In this document: positions 18,655 through 28,059 of the stretch, one piece after another
Numbering within the stretch: position 1 is the stretch's first letter
Layout: every line of letters begins with the position of its first letter
Sequence record: PV754031.1
Reading direction: 5' to 3' (one strand)
Length of the DNA: 64,000 nucleotides
Notes under the pieces: model-generated
Told to the model about the DNA's origin: nothing
What the model saw: the letters and a program-made list of their open reading frames with translations, nothing else
Database searches by the model: none
Position numbers and translations under genes: made by a program

Positions 18655-18948
18655 ATGTATACAGTTACACTTGAACAAGTAGGACACCGTATACAGTCTA
18701 GTTTAAGTGCTTTTGTAATTAGACCGTTTGAAAATACCATTACGCATAATGATACGTCTTATTACTTGATTATGGGTAAAGATGATTTCGATAACATGCA
18801 CATGGAATGGCGAGATGTAGTTGTAGCTGATAGCCAAGCCGTTATAGTTGCTACATACACTCCATCGAAAAACTCATTTAATCTTGTAAAAAATGAATTA
18901 GGTATTCCAGTTAATATCAAATACAAACGGATAGAGGTTGATCTGTGA
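18655..18948 (+). CDS. hypothetical protein
   Basis: AGGAGG RBS. Confidence 0.8.
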   Translation: MYTVTLEQVGHRIQSSLSAFVIRPFENTITHNDTSYYLIMGKDDFDNMHMEWRDVVVADSQAVIVATYTPSKNSFNLVKNELGIPVNIKYKRIEVDL

Positions 18949-18975
18949 TTACCAGTAAGGTTAGAGGAATGAAAT

Positions 18976-19176
18976 ATGGATCGTCTTGATGAAAGAATCG
19001 CATTCAGTGTAAAGTCGTACAAAATTTTCAATGCTCTCACCCATGGTCGAGTTCGGGCATTGATTATTAACTTTAAAGATGGTAAGGGTACGATCGTATC
19101 TATTAGTGATGATCGCCGCCATGATAAACATCTCTGGTTCAACTGTGGACTAGTAGACAATCCGAGGATCAAGTAA
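18976..19176 (+). CDS. small hypothetical protein
   Basis: GAGGA RBS; TAATG coupling to thyA. Confidence 0.75.
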   Translation: MDRLDERIAFSVKSYKIFNALTHGRVRALIINFKDGKGTIVSISDDRRHDKHLWFNCGLVDNPRIK

Positions 19177-20636
19177 TGGAACAATATCTTAATTCAATTC
19201 GTTTAGTTAAAGAACACGGTGTGCATAAAGGTGACCGTACTGGTACTGGTACTCAGAGCATGTTTGGTCAACAAGAACGTTATAGTTTACGTAACAACGT
19301 TCTACCCGTAGTAACTACTAAGAAAATTCATCTTCCATCTGTTATCCATGAATTGTTCTGGATGCTTTCTGGTGATACTCGTGTAGATTATTTAATTGAA
19401 AATGGCGTACGCATTTGGAATGAATGGGTTAAACCAAATACCGCGATGTATCGTGAGTTAAATCAAGAAGAGCTTGACTCAGCTATTCTAAAGAAAGTTG
19501 GTGGCCCATTTGCCCTTTATTTTCATTGTTTAGATGATGAAGTAATCATTCAAACTAGAGATGAGTTTGAAGCTTCTTTAAGTGATGATGAGATAGCTAG
19601 CTTTTGGAATCAATATCCAACCATTAATATTGATGCTACGCATGTAATTGGTGTTAACACTAGCCAATGGCTGGCAGTATCTACTATAGATTTCGATGAG
19701 AGTGTAACACCAGAACTAATTAAATATGAATATGGTAAACGACTATATAAATTGCTATTTGGAGTTAAGCCTCTGAAACTCATCGGGGGCGATCTAGGTG
19801 CCGTTTACGGTAAGACTTGGCGTGATCTTGAAGACACTCGTGTAATCCCTAAATATGAGTGGGTGGATTATGAGAAGCGTGGCTTTAACTTCGTAGTTGA
19901 TATTCCTGGTACGTGTATGGAGAATGACCGCTGCGTTGTTACTCGACGTATCGACCAAATCCAAGACATCATCGATCAACTTCGTACCAACCCGGATTCT
20001 CGTCGGATCATTGTTTGTGCATGGGCGCCACATCTCGTTGATGAACAAGCACTTCCACCATGTCATAGCTTCTTCCAGTTCTGGACTCGTGAACTGACCG
20101 TAGATGAACGAGTGCAAGCTCTATACCAAACTCAGATCGAAGCTGATGCTTACCATGATCAGATTAGTGGTGAGATTACTCGTGGTCAACCTCCATTCGG
20201 TAGTGCTGAGCAGGTTAAAGCATTTCTACGTATCTGTCGTGGTTATGAAAAGGCTACCGATGAAGCAGTGGTAGAATGGCTGGATCAACATGGTGCTCCG
20301 AAACGAGCTATCAGTTGTCAACTCTATCAAAGATCTTGTGATACTTTCTTAGGAAAACCCTTTAACATCACGTTCTATAGTCTGCTGACTCACATGTTAG
20401 CTAACCAAATGAATATGATTGCTGAAGAGTTTATCTGGACTGGTGGTGATGTACATATTTACTCTAACCACCAAGAACAAACTGATCTTCAATTAACTCG
20501 TGAACCGAAGGTTCAACCTATCATCCGCTTTAAAGAAGAAGCTATTGGTAAAGATATTCGGGAAATTGGTGTAGATGATTTTGTTATCGAGAACTATGAA
20601 TATCATCCACATATTGCTGGTAAAGTTGCTATTTAA
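19176..20636 (+). CDS. thyA: thymidylate synthase with large insertions
   Basis: DRTGTGT, PVVTTKK, IWNEW, ALPPCH, YQRSCD, FNITFY, GDVHIY motifs. Confidence 0.98.
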   Translation: MEQYLNSIRLVKEHGVHKGDRTGTGTQSMFGQQERYSLRNNVLPVVTTKKIHLPSVIHELFWMLSGDTRVDYLIENGVRIWNEWVKPNTAMYRELNQEELDSAILKKVGGPFALYFHCLDDEVIIQTRDEFEASLSDDEIASFWNQYPTINIDATHVIGVNTSQWLAVSTIDFDESVTPELIKYEYGKRLYKLLFGVKPLKLIGGDLGAVYGKTWRDLEDTRVIPKYEWVDYEKRGFNFVVDIPGTCMENDRCVVTRRIDQIQDIIDQLRTNPDSRRIIVCAWAPHLVDEQALPPCHSFFQFWTRELTVDERVQALYQTQIEADAYHDQISGEITRGQPPFGSAEQVKAFLRICRGYEKATDEAVVEWLDQHGAPKRAISCQLYQRSCDTFLGKPFNITFYSLLTHMLANQMNMIAEEFIWTGGDVHIYSNHQEQTDLQLTREPKVQPIIRFKEEAIGKDIREIGVDDFVIENYEYHPHIAGKVAI

Positions 20637-20644
20637 CATAAACG

Positions 20645-20666
20645 CCTCCCTTCGGGGAGGTTTTAT
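20645..20666 (+). terminator. intrinsic terminator
   Basis: CCTCCC-ttcg-GGGAGG followed by TTTTAT. Confidence 0.85.
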
Positions 20667-20718
20667 TTTCCCTTGGTGGAATAATGAACTTCTTGCTTTT
20701 TGAAAAGGTAGGCGAATA

Positions 20719-21552
20719 ATGGATCCACGTCATCCGGTTAGTGATGAGATGCGTTCAGTCATTGATACAGAACTAACTAGAATTGAACAGAAGTATGGTG
20801 TAAAGGTTATTTATGCCTGTGAGTCCGGTAGTCGTGGTTGGGGTTTCGCTTCTACTAATAGTGATTATGATGTTCGCTTCATTTATGTTAACCATCCGAG
20901 ACATTACGTTCGTGTGGATAATGAAGCACGTGATACTATTGAAGAGATGGTGTCTAAAGAACTAGACCTTGCTGGTTGGAACATCACTAAGACTCTTCAA
21001 CTTGCTTACAAATCTAATCCCACTCTCTTGGAATGGCTAAACTCCCCAATCGTTTACCGTAAGGTTGATTGTGACTACAAGTTAATCCGTGATGCTGCAC
21101 TAAAGCACTTCATCCCTGAATCGAGTTACATGCATTATATCTCGATGGCCAAACAAACCAAAATGCGTTGGTTGTCAGATGAGAAGATCCGGATGAAGAA
21201 ATACTTCTATTCTCTTCGTCCTCTGTTGGCTGCAATGTGGGTCCGTGAAAGTCTGGAACATCCGCCGATGGTATTCCATGACCTACTGCCTCTTCTGTCA
21301 GATCCTATCCTTTATAAACGTATCCAAGAACTGGTTAATGATAAGGTTGAGTCTACTGAACAGGATCTGATAGATCGTTGTCCTATTCTAGATCAGTTCA
21401 TCGATTTTCAATTGAGTCGTGAGAAACCAGACTTCGGTAAATACGAACGTCCGGACATCTATACACTTACCGATCTAGCCTGGCATTTTGTTGACCAATA
21501 CAAGCTCGACACATTCGCGAAACTACAGGATATCGAACGAAGAAAATATTAG
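20719..21552 (+). CDS. RlaP/YcgL-family nucleotidyltransferase (DNA pol beta superfamily)
   Basis: ESGSRGWGFASTNSDYDVRFIY, SNPTLLEWL, KKYFYSLRPLLA. Confidence 0.9.
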   Translation: MDPRHPVSDEMRSVIDTELTRIEQKYGVKVIYACESGSRGWGFASTNSDYDVRFIYVNHPRHYVRVDNEARDTIEEMVSKELDLAGWNITKTLQLAYKSNPTLLEWLNSPIVYRKVDCDYKLIRDAALKHFIPESSYMHYISMAKQTKMRWLSDEKIRMKKYFYSLRPLLAAMWVRESLEHPPMVFHDLLPLLSDPILYKRIQELVNDKVESTEQDLIDRCPILDQFIDFQLSREKPDFGKYERPDIYTLTDLAWHFVDQYKLDTFAKLQDIERRKY

Positions 21553-21601
21553 TCAATAAAGAAAAAAGTTTAATACCATCTTATTAAAAGGAAAATATTT
21601 T

Positions 21602-22102
21602 ATGCTATTTAAAGATGAACTATGCATCGAAAATATCTTAGTAAAAGAAAAACTATATCTAGTTAGAAATATTGGTAGGAATCGTGAGGTATATCCTAAT
21701 CCAAAAGTAACATATAAAGATATTAAGGAATTCACTAAAATGTATGGTGTGATTCCAATGCAATTCTTAGGGCCGCTACTTCATGAAATCGTTGAACGAG
21801 AAGATTTCGCCTTAAAAGGAAAAGAAGCACAGAAATTCATTGATGATAATCCTTATACTTTAATTGAATATGGTAGCAGTTTTCATATTTACTACATTAT
21901 TCGTAATTATATTATCCCAACTACTACTGATCCAGATTGTAATAAATTCACTATTAATCTTTATAAGTATAAAGAATTTCTAGAAGAGGTTACTAATAGG
22001 TTAAACATGCCACCTTTTTTGGACACCAGTGAACCTTATCGTAATTTCTTACTGACAATGCAAGAAAGTCTACGTACCATCCAGGATATTGTGGAAAATT
22101 AA
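21602..22102 (+). CDS. hypothetical protein
   Basis: AAGGA RBS. Confidence 0.75.
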   Translation: MLFKDELCIENILVKEKLYLVRNIGRNREVYPNPKVTYKDIKEFTKMYGVIPMQFLGPLLHEIVEREDFALKGKEAQKFIDDNPYTLIEYGSSFHIYYIIRNYIIPTTTDPDCNKFTINLYKYKEFLEEVTNRLNMPPFLDTSEPYRNFLLTMQESLRTIQDIVEN

Positions 22103-22201
22103 TGAAGTTTAGAATGTTAAAAGTTAATGTATTAAATTTACTCTACTACATACTTTACCCTACTCCATATTGGGGTAGGGGTATTAAGGTGGAGTATAAA
22201 T

Positions 22202-22495
22202 ATGTCAAGCAACAAACTATCTGCACAACTTAATCGTCATCACAATACTCGTATAGTTAATTATTATGTTTCACTAGCCGAGAGTCGTTATAATGACACT
22301 AATCCTTCAGCAAAGGCTAAAGGTAAATGGCGTAAACATAATCCGTTTAACTGCGGTAGGTCTCGTTGTATGCTATGTGGTAATCCGCGTAAACATTGGA
22401 ATAGGATTACTCTTAATGAATTAAAAATAAATATTTCATTAAAAGAGCAACTCAATGATCTTTATGTAGATTATACTACGCTGACTGAGGATTAA
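22202..22495 (+). CDS. small basic protein with possible Zn site
   Basis: CGRSRCMLCGNPRK; GGAG RBS. Confidence 0.75.
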   Translation: MSSNKLSAQLNRHHNTRIVNYYVSLAESRYNDTNPSAKAKGKWRKHNPFNCGRSRCMLCGNPRKHWNRITLNELKINISLKEQLNDLYVDYTTLTED

Positions 22496-22566
22496 ATTAT
22501 GCATGAAGAATATGAAGCAATTTAATAGTTTAGATTAACCATTTGAAATAAATTTGGAATTAGCAA

Positions 22567-22689
22567 ATGAAAGTTAAAAATAAGCAACAGCCTAAGTTTG
22601 TCAATCTAGCTACTATGCAAGCTGCTTGGCGGCTTAATAATGCAGAACTCAAAGCTAAACGTGAAGCTAAAGAAAAGCAAAAAGAATAA
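22567..22689 (+). CDS. 40-aa basic peptide (not in track)
   Basis: MKVKNKQQPKFVNLATMQAAWRLNNAELKAKREAKEKQKE. Confidence 0.45.
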   Translation: MKVKNKQQPKFVNLATMQAAWRLNNAELKAKREAKEKQKE

Positions 22690-22705
22690 AACTATTTAGT
22701 TGCAT

Positions 22706-22734
22706 AAAGAGAGAGGAATTTATCCTCTCTCTTT
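22706..22734 (+). terminator. intrinsic terminator
   Basis: AAAGAGAGAGGA-attta-TCCTCTCTCTTT. Confidence 0.8.
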
Positions 22735-22830
22735 TTATGTTGTTTTATAATTTGTATACTACAGGTATATTTCAATATGGAATCTTACTTACACGTACCA
22801 TTCTAGATAGAAATATCCTAACTGATATGT

Positions 22831-23358
22831 TTGTTCTTTATTCTCGGATCACTGAACCTAAAGAGGATTTTTAAGATGGTTGAGCATTTAAATAAAGATA
22901 ACTTCTTTTCATGGGGTGCTGTAGTAGGTGGTGCGCTATTACAGTATTTTGAAAATGGTAAACTTGAAGGTGGGTATGATATATTTAAATTCAGTGATGA
23001 TGTCAACGGCCTAGTTATTACAGGTGGTATAACGCATCGAAAAAATATCGGGATCCTGAATGGTCAAGGTGATGATGAAGATCTGTTTTTAGTATTTGTC
23101 ATAAGTAATACCAATAATCCATATGTCGTATGGTATTATGATATTTATAAAGATAATGAAGGTATTTGTTTTACGAATGCTTCACCTACCAGTGGTCGTA
23201 TTTTTAAATCAGATACTGATGAAAATAATGACCTGTCGATAAGTCAATTACTTAAAGTAGTTAAATACCTAGTAGATGAACGAGTTCGTTTAAATAAAAA
23301 TATAGTTAATTTACCAGGTTATGAAATCATTGAAGAAGATAAAGACTTTCAACTATAA
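22831..23358 (+). CDS. hypothetical protein
   Basis: Co-directional ORF; start may be 22877. Confidence 0.75.
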   Translation: MFFILGSLNLKRIFKMVEHLNKDNFFSWGAVVGGALLQYFENGKLEGGYDIFKFSDDVNGLVITGGITHRKNIGILNGQGDDEDLFLVFVISNTNNPYVVWYYDIYKDNEGICFTNASPTSGRIFKSDTDENNDLSISQLLKVVKYLVDERVRLNKNIVNLPGYEIIEEDKDFQL

Positions 23359-23386
23359 TAAGTCTTTTACAAAGTCACCATAAAGT

Positions 23387-23408
23387 CCTCCCTTCGGGGA
23401 GGCTTTAT
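23387..23408 (+). terminator. intrinsic terminator
   Basis: CCTCCC-ttcg-GGGAGG followed by CTTTAT. Confidence 0.8.
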
Positions 23409-23414
23409 ATTTTA

Positions 23415-23450
23415 TTTTTTGTATTCAAACATATTTTAACAGTATATTAC
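23415..23450 (+). promoter_or_regulatory. early promoter
   Basis: TTTTTTGTATTCAAACATATTTTAACAG-TATATTAC. Confidence 0.8.
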
Positions 23451-23486
23451 TAATGTGAATTCAATCTTGAAAAAAGGAGATATGTC

Positions 23487-23816
23487 ATGAATATGTCAAC
23501 TATTTCCACTGGTGTTCTGGTGCTTGGTGGTATTGCATTTGGTTACCATCTCTTTGATGGGGCACGTTCCATTTATAAAGAATGGTCGATGGAATACATT
23601 TACAAAAAGCAAATGGCTAAGGTAAAGGAGCAGCTTACCGAATATGAAAACAAGTATGTTGAGATTCCATCAATAGCTGAAATAAATATCTATATCGAAC
23701 CAGTTCTAACTGAAGCTTTAAATAAACTTGATCGGTATAGTTACAACTGCTTCTTACATGATGTCGAACAGTACATCGAGTTTATTATTGATAATTATCG
23801 TGTAGTTAATCGATAA
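23487..23816 (+). CDS. early membrane-anchored protein, positional orthologue of phiKZ gp241
   Basis: Monocistronic early cassette, AAGGAG RBS, N-terminal TM (GVLVLGGIAFGYHLF); identity inferred by gene counting only. Confidence 0.6.
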   Translation: MNMSTISTGVLVLGGIAFGYHLFDGARSIYKEWSMEYIYKKQMAKVKEQLTEYENKYVEIPSIAEINIYIEPVLTEALNKLDRYSYNCFLHDVEQYIEFIIDNYRVVNR

Positions 23817-23828
23817 TAAGAGCATATG

Positions 23829-23873
23829 GCCCTCCCTTCGGGGAGGGCTATTGCACTAAATTTTATTTGAGAT
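23829..23873 (+). repeat. 45-bp exact direct repeat, copy 2 (terminator plus promoter upstream element)
   Basis: Identical to 9175-9219. Confidence 0.95.
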
Positions 23874-23874
23874 A

Positions 23875-23882
23875 TATATTAC
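23875..23882 (+). promoter_or_regulatory. early promoter core TATATTAC
   Basis: TTTGAGATA-TATATTAC-A. Confidence 0.75.
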
Positions 23883-23927
23883 ATGTGTGTATTACAAAAT
23901 CAAATTAATGTGTCGAGGTTTTAATAG

Positions 23928-24365
23928 ATGGACGTAGTTACTAACATTTGGGAGGACGTTCTTACGAACGTGCATCACAAACTAAAGGTAATGGCCACTA
24001 CTGCTGGCGATGTCATTCATATAGTGGAACCCAAATTAAATGAAATGATTAAATCGAATATTAATCAACTACAGACAGAAAGGTATAGTCTTAGTTTAAA
24101 CAAAACTAAAGACAATAAATACTACGCAAAATACCATGATAATCATCATGGCTGGGATGTTTATTTATTTGTTGAACAAACTAGGTATGGGGCTATTGTT
24201 GGTAGTGGGTTACGCCATCGTGCTAAAGAAGCTTGGGGGCTTAATAAATTCAGAGAATATAATCTTATCAAAGTAAGGTGTACTCGACAAAATAGTGTTG
24301 TTGATAGTATTGTCTTCTTCGATGATCCATCTGAATATTTTCTTAGAGCTGTAAATAAATTTTAA
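23928..24365 (+). CDS. hypothetical early protein
   Basis: GAGGT RBS. Confidence 0.8.
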   Translation: MDVVTNIWEDVLTNVHHKLKVMATTAGDVIHIVEPKLNEMIKSNINQLQTERYSLSLNKTKDNKYYAKYHDNHHGWDVYLFVEQTRYGAIVGSGLRHRAKEAWGLNKFREYNLIKVRCTRQNSVVDSIVFFDDPSEYFLRAVNKF

Positions 24366-24385
24366 ATTAACTAAAAGGTAAAAAA

Positions 24386-25282
24386 ATGAATAATCTACAA
24401 GTTAATACCACTATTAAAGAATTACATAAACTTTTAATCTGTAATATTATTGATGGTAAACTAATTGAATATAATGATATTGTGAAAGAACTGAAAATTA
24501 CTAATGATGAATTAGATAATCTACTAATAGCTATTTCAAAGCTATCTGATACACCAATTAATAATATCTTTAAATCACTTTCACTAGCAATTGATCTACG
24601 TACAATTACATCCGTCATTGAAAAACTTAGTAATTCTACGAAACTATCTAAAAAAGAAATCCAGCTAGATCTGTTAACTAGGTTAGGAATAAAAGATAAT
24701 TATTTTTCGAATAGTTTTACCAACGTGTATCATGAACTAAGTGATATTATCAAAAAGCTTGAATATAGTGATAAACTATATCAATCAGATTATCAAAACT
24801 TTATTATTGATAAAGTAACTAGTCATTTTAAAGATGTATTATATTCAGCTGGTTATGCAATCAATGATATTTATAAGTACACTGATTCTAAAGTAGTTAA
24901 TGTAGATGAAAATGGACTATTGATAGGTATGAGCATTACCAATTATGACTTCCATAATGAGGACGAACCAATTAGAACTATTGGTTTTTCATTAATTGAT
25001 GAAACTAAGGGTTGTGTTGGAAAATCTGAAACTATTAAAAAGTTTGATGTTGAATATTTTCTTAATGCAATGGATACTATCAATATTAACCCTGCTGTTA
25101 TTATTTTTTCAAATCAGTATCGAGAAAAAGACTTAGCCATTCATAATGCTATCATGAATGAATTTAAGGTGAACAAGATTTCAAATAATACACGTGACAA
25201 TATAGTATCTTATCATACTGTCATGATGGGACATAACTGTATTATCTCATTTAATCACAATGGGTTCCTATTGAAAATTTAA
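24386..25282 (+). CDS. hypothetical protein (298 aa)
   Basis: AAGGT RBS, long ORF. Confidence 0.85.
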
Positions 25283-25306
25283 TAGAATATCAATTAAAAA
25301 TTATCT

Positions 25307-25310
25307 TATG
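25307..25310 (+). promoter_or_regulatory. putative late promoter TATG
   Basis: AAAAATTATCT-TATG-TAG upstream of ORF 25340; TATG is the described phiKZ late motif. Confidence 0.45.
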
Positions 25311-25339
25311 TAGTTTATCTAATTAAGGAAACAAAAAGA

Positions 25340-25696
25340 ATGCCAACTTATATTGAATTAATCAATATTGTCAATGATGATACTCCTGTAGATGATGCAG
25401 TTATTAGTGATCTGATGAGTCAAATGAATGATAAACAAACTGTTCTTGACAGTTGTCGTATCAATCATAAAGGCTATGCTTATTTTAAGTTCCATGTTAA
25501 GGGATCAATTAGTAAGGATAAACTTAAGGCTCTAAATGAAACTTTAAAAGATTCTAATCTTGTTGTGACTGATGCTAGTACACAACGTGGTTTCATGCCA
25601 CCTAATAAGTTTGATGATATCACTTATACTGAAGAGAGTGTTGGTTATAGGGCAATGGTCTGGACAAGCTTCACTATTGAAAAGCTACTTGTATAA
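25340..25696 (+). CDS. hypothetical protein, possibly virion-associated (gp244 position)
   Basis: AAGGA RBS, late-type motif upstream, own terminator. Confidence 0.75.
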   Translation: MPTYIELINIVNDDTPVDDAVISDLMSQMNDKQTVLDSCRINHKGYAYFKFHVKGSISKDKLKALNETLKDSNLVVTDASTQRGFMPPNKFDDITYTEESVGYRAMVWTSFTIEKLLV

Positions 25697-25697
25697 T

Positions 25698-25717
25698 AAG
25701 AGCCCTTCGGGGCTCTT
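25698..25717 (+). terminator. intrinsic terminator
   Basis: AAGAGCCC-ttcg-GGGCTCTT. Confidence 0.85.
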
Positions 25718-25746
25718 TCTATTTCGCAATTAGGTATCTGTATTAA

Positions 25747-26181
25747 ATGGATAAGTATCCTATTCTACAAGCTATGTCTAAAGAAGAGGCATTTAGACTT
25801 TTAGACATACAAGGTGAGTTTAGAAAAACTCAAATGAAAGAAAGGTATTGGAATGAGGAAACTGGTCTATGGTGGTGGGAACAACATCCCGATGTGAAAT
25901 TAAGGATAGTTGCCGCCTGCAATAGATGGAAGGATGTTTATTTCATTGCAGCGAGGCATTCATCAATCATAATGACTCAACAACAGCTAATGTATGGTGG
26001 TCTTAAGGTATTGCATGAATATGCAGGAGATGATCATGAACAAGGTTTTATTGATCAGTATGAAAACTTCCACTCTAGGGAAGAAGCAGTAATTATCGCT
26101 AAGAATAATAATCAGTTATATCGAGCTGAATTAGAAAATAGATTAGTAACTAAATATTTATTTAGTGAAGACCTATATTAG
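25747..26181 (+). CDS. conserved phage hypothetical protein
   Basis: EQGFIDQY...REEAVIIA...LFSEDLY pattern recurrent in large phages. Confidence 0.8.
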   Translation: MDKYPILQAMSKEEAFRLLDIQGEFRKTQMKERYWNEETGLWWWEQHPDVKLRIVAACNRWKDVYFIAARHSSIIMTQQQLMYGGLKVLHEYAGDDHEQGFIDQYENFHSREEAVIIAKNNNQLYRAELENRLVTKYLFSEDLY

Positions 26182-26211
26182 GTTTCCAATAATTTAAATA
26201 GGAATATAGCT

Positions 26212-26868
26212 ATGCTAATGAATGAAATTATCGATATTCTAGAAGGAGGGAAAGAGAATATTCTCTTAACTAACCATCTAGGTAATGGCAAATATTCCAA
26301 TGCGGGTAATGCAATGGCTGCATCATATGCCATTGCGGCACATACTGCTGTTGGTCAATTGCGAGATGGTTCAGGAAAACCTTACTGGCATCATTTATTA
26401 CAAGTAGCTGAGATGGCGCAATTATTCGACCTATCTCACGCTGCTTATAAAGCAGCATGGTTACATGATGTAATTGAGGATACTGCTGTAACTGCTTCTG
26501 ATCTAACTAAACTATTCTCAATCCCTGTTGTTAATTTAGTAACTGAACTAACAAATGTAACTTACGAAGGTAATCGTAAAACTAGGATTAGTTTACAACA
26601 TGAAAGACTTTCTCGCATTTCATGGAGTGGTCAATCTCTTAAGTTACTAGATTCTATTTCAAACATGTGGTCGATTGTTAATGATAAGCCTGATTTTGCT
26701 GAACTGTATCTGACTGAGAAAGCTCAACTAATCAGTAAGTTAAATAATTGTCACCCCGCTATTAAAGATCTGGCTATATCTGTTCTCTATGGCAGGTGTA
26801 CTATGGTTGGTGGGGATGCACTAAAAGAATATAATAAACTATTTTCTGATAATGAAATTGTATGTTAA
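26212..26868 (+). CDS. HD-domain (p)ppGpp-hydrolase-like protein (small alarmone hydrolase/Mesh1 type)
   Basis: H..GQLRDGSGKPYWHH, AAWLHDVIEDT, KLLDSISN; no synthetase domain. Confidence 0.85.
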   Translation: MLMNEIIDILEGGKENILLTNHLGNGKYSNAGNAMAASYAIAAHTAVGQLRDGSGKPYWHHLLQVAEMAQLFDLSHAAYKAAWLHDVIEDTAVTASDLTKLFSIPVVNLVTELTNVTYEGNRKTRISLQHERLSRISWSGQSLKLLDSISNMWSIVNDKPDFAELYLTEKAQLISKLNNCHPAIKDLAISVLYGRCTMVGGDALKEYNKLFSDNEIVC

Positions 26869-26886
26869 AATAATTACTTAATATAC

Positions 26887-26906
26887 ACCCTCCCTTCGGG
26901 GAGGGT
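26887..26906 (+). terminator. intrinsic terminator
   Basis: ACCCTCCC-ttcg-GGGAGGGT followed by TTT. Confidence 0.85.
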
Positions 26907-26916
26907 TTTATTTATC

Positions 26917-26953
26917 TTTTTTTGTATTTAAACTATTTAAAAAGCTATATTAC
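26917..26953 (+). promoter_or_regulatory. early promoter
   Basis: TTTTTTTGTATTTAAACTATTTAAAAAGC-TATATTAC. Confidence 0.8.
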
Positions 26954-26986
26954 AAATATGAATTTAATAACCAAGAGGGCAATACA

Positions 26987-27250
26987 ATGACTGAACGTTT
27001 GAAATCCGTATGGTGCGCTTGCAGCTTACTGCGTGAACGCTGGAGACACATCCAAGACATTGCTGTCGGGGATGAACATCATGTCATAGTAAAAAACGAT
27101 ATGCTGATGGTGTTTCGTGGTCAAGTACCGGTAGGTAGCATGTACCGGGGTGACAGTGACCCACTCATCTACGAGGGTGGTGCACTGGAAGAATTTACTA
27201 AAGTTGTATTGGATTTAGAATTCAATACTCGTGGTGAAACCAATAGTTAA
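26987..27250 (+). CDS. hypothetical early protein
   Basis: GAGGG RBS. Confidence 0.8.
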   Translation: MTERLKSVWCACSLLRERWRHIQDIAVGDEHHVIVKNDMLMVFRGQVPVGSMYRGDSDPLIYEGGALEEFTKVVLDLEFNTRGETNS

Positions 27251-27276
27251 TAAAATTAATTTTGAGGTAATTCATT

Positions 27277-27684
27277 ATGAAATATGTAATTGTATTTATG
27301 TTGTCTATTGTAACTATCACTGCTAACTCGGCTGTCATGTACACTAATCGTGATTCATGCATCGAGTTTGTAAAACAGGCAGATGAATTGTTTGTAAAAG
27401 GTGCATCTGTAACTGAAGTGCAAATGAAGACTTATGAAAGGATTCATTATATCCTTAATAACACTAAAGATCTAAAGACCAACCAGTCTAAAGTTGAAGA
27501 ACTCACTGGTCTATTTTACCTATGGTCTAAGGTAGATAAAATGGCAATTGAGGCAAGTTTGCCACGTGCAACAAATGCTGCTAAAGTCTATAAGACCACT
27601 CCTGAGAAATTCATCATTGATGGTTATTTCCAGCGTTGTGTAGCGGCAGGTGCGTTTGAAGCAAAACCACTTACTCTAAAATAA
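27277..27684 (+). CDS. periplasmic two-cysteine protein
   Basis: Signal peptide ...TITANSA; RDSCIEF...QRCV. Confidence 0.8.
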   Translation: MKYVIVFMLSIVTITANSAVMYTNRDSCIEFVKQADELFVKGASVTEVQMKTYERIHYILNNTKDLKTNQSKVEELTGLFYLWSKVDKMAIEASLPRATNAAKVYKTTPEKFIIDGYFQRCVAAGAFEAKPLTLK

Positions 27685-27696
27685 TGGAGGTACAAC

Positions 27697-28056
27697 ATGC
27701 TTAAGAATTGGCTATTATTCCTTTTCCTGCCAATCCTGTCCATTGCATGTCAGCCTGCCCACGCTGTAGAAGTGGGTATTACTAAGAAATCATGTAATGT
27801 GGCAGTAAATCTTTCACAAAAAGCAACTGAGCTTTATGATAAGAACCTATCCCAATTTGAGATAATGATGCAGTTAGATATGATCTCTCGTAAGGATATG
27901 GATGACTTAGAGTTCTATGCAGGTACCGTATATGCTAAATTAAACTTAGTTGATATTCGCGTAAATAAACGAAAAGGATTTACCAATGGAGCTATTCTAG
28001 ATAGGCTAGCTGAAAACTGTGTTGAAGCAATTGGTACTAAATTTAACTTGGAGTAG
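27697..28056 (+). CDS. periplasmic two-cysteine protein
   Basis: Signal peptide ...QPAHA; KSCNVA...ENCV. Confidence 0.8.
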   Translation: MLKNWLLFLFLPILSIACQPAHAVEVGITKKSCNVAVNLSQKATELYDKNLSQFEIMMQLDMISRKDMDDLEFYAGTVYAKLNLVDIRVNKRKGFTNGAILDRLAENCVEAIGTKFNLE

Positions 28057-28059
28057 AAT

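Noticed and set aside
19450-19790. Intein in thyA
   Set aside because: No N-terminal Cys/Ser block, no His-Asn terminus and no LAGLIDADG motifs in the insertions
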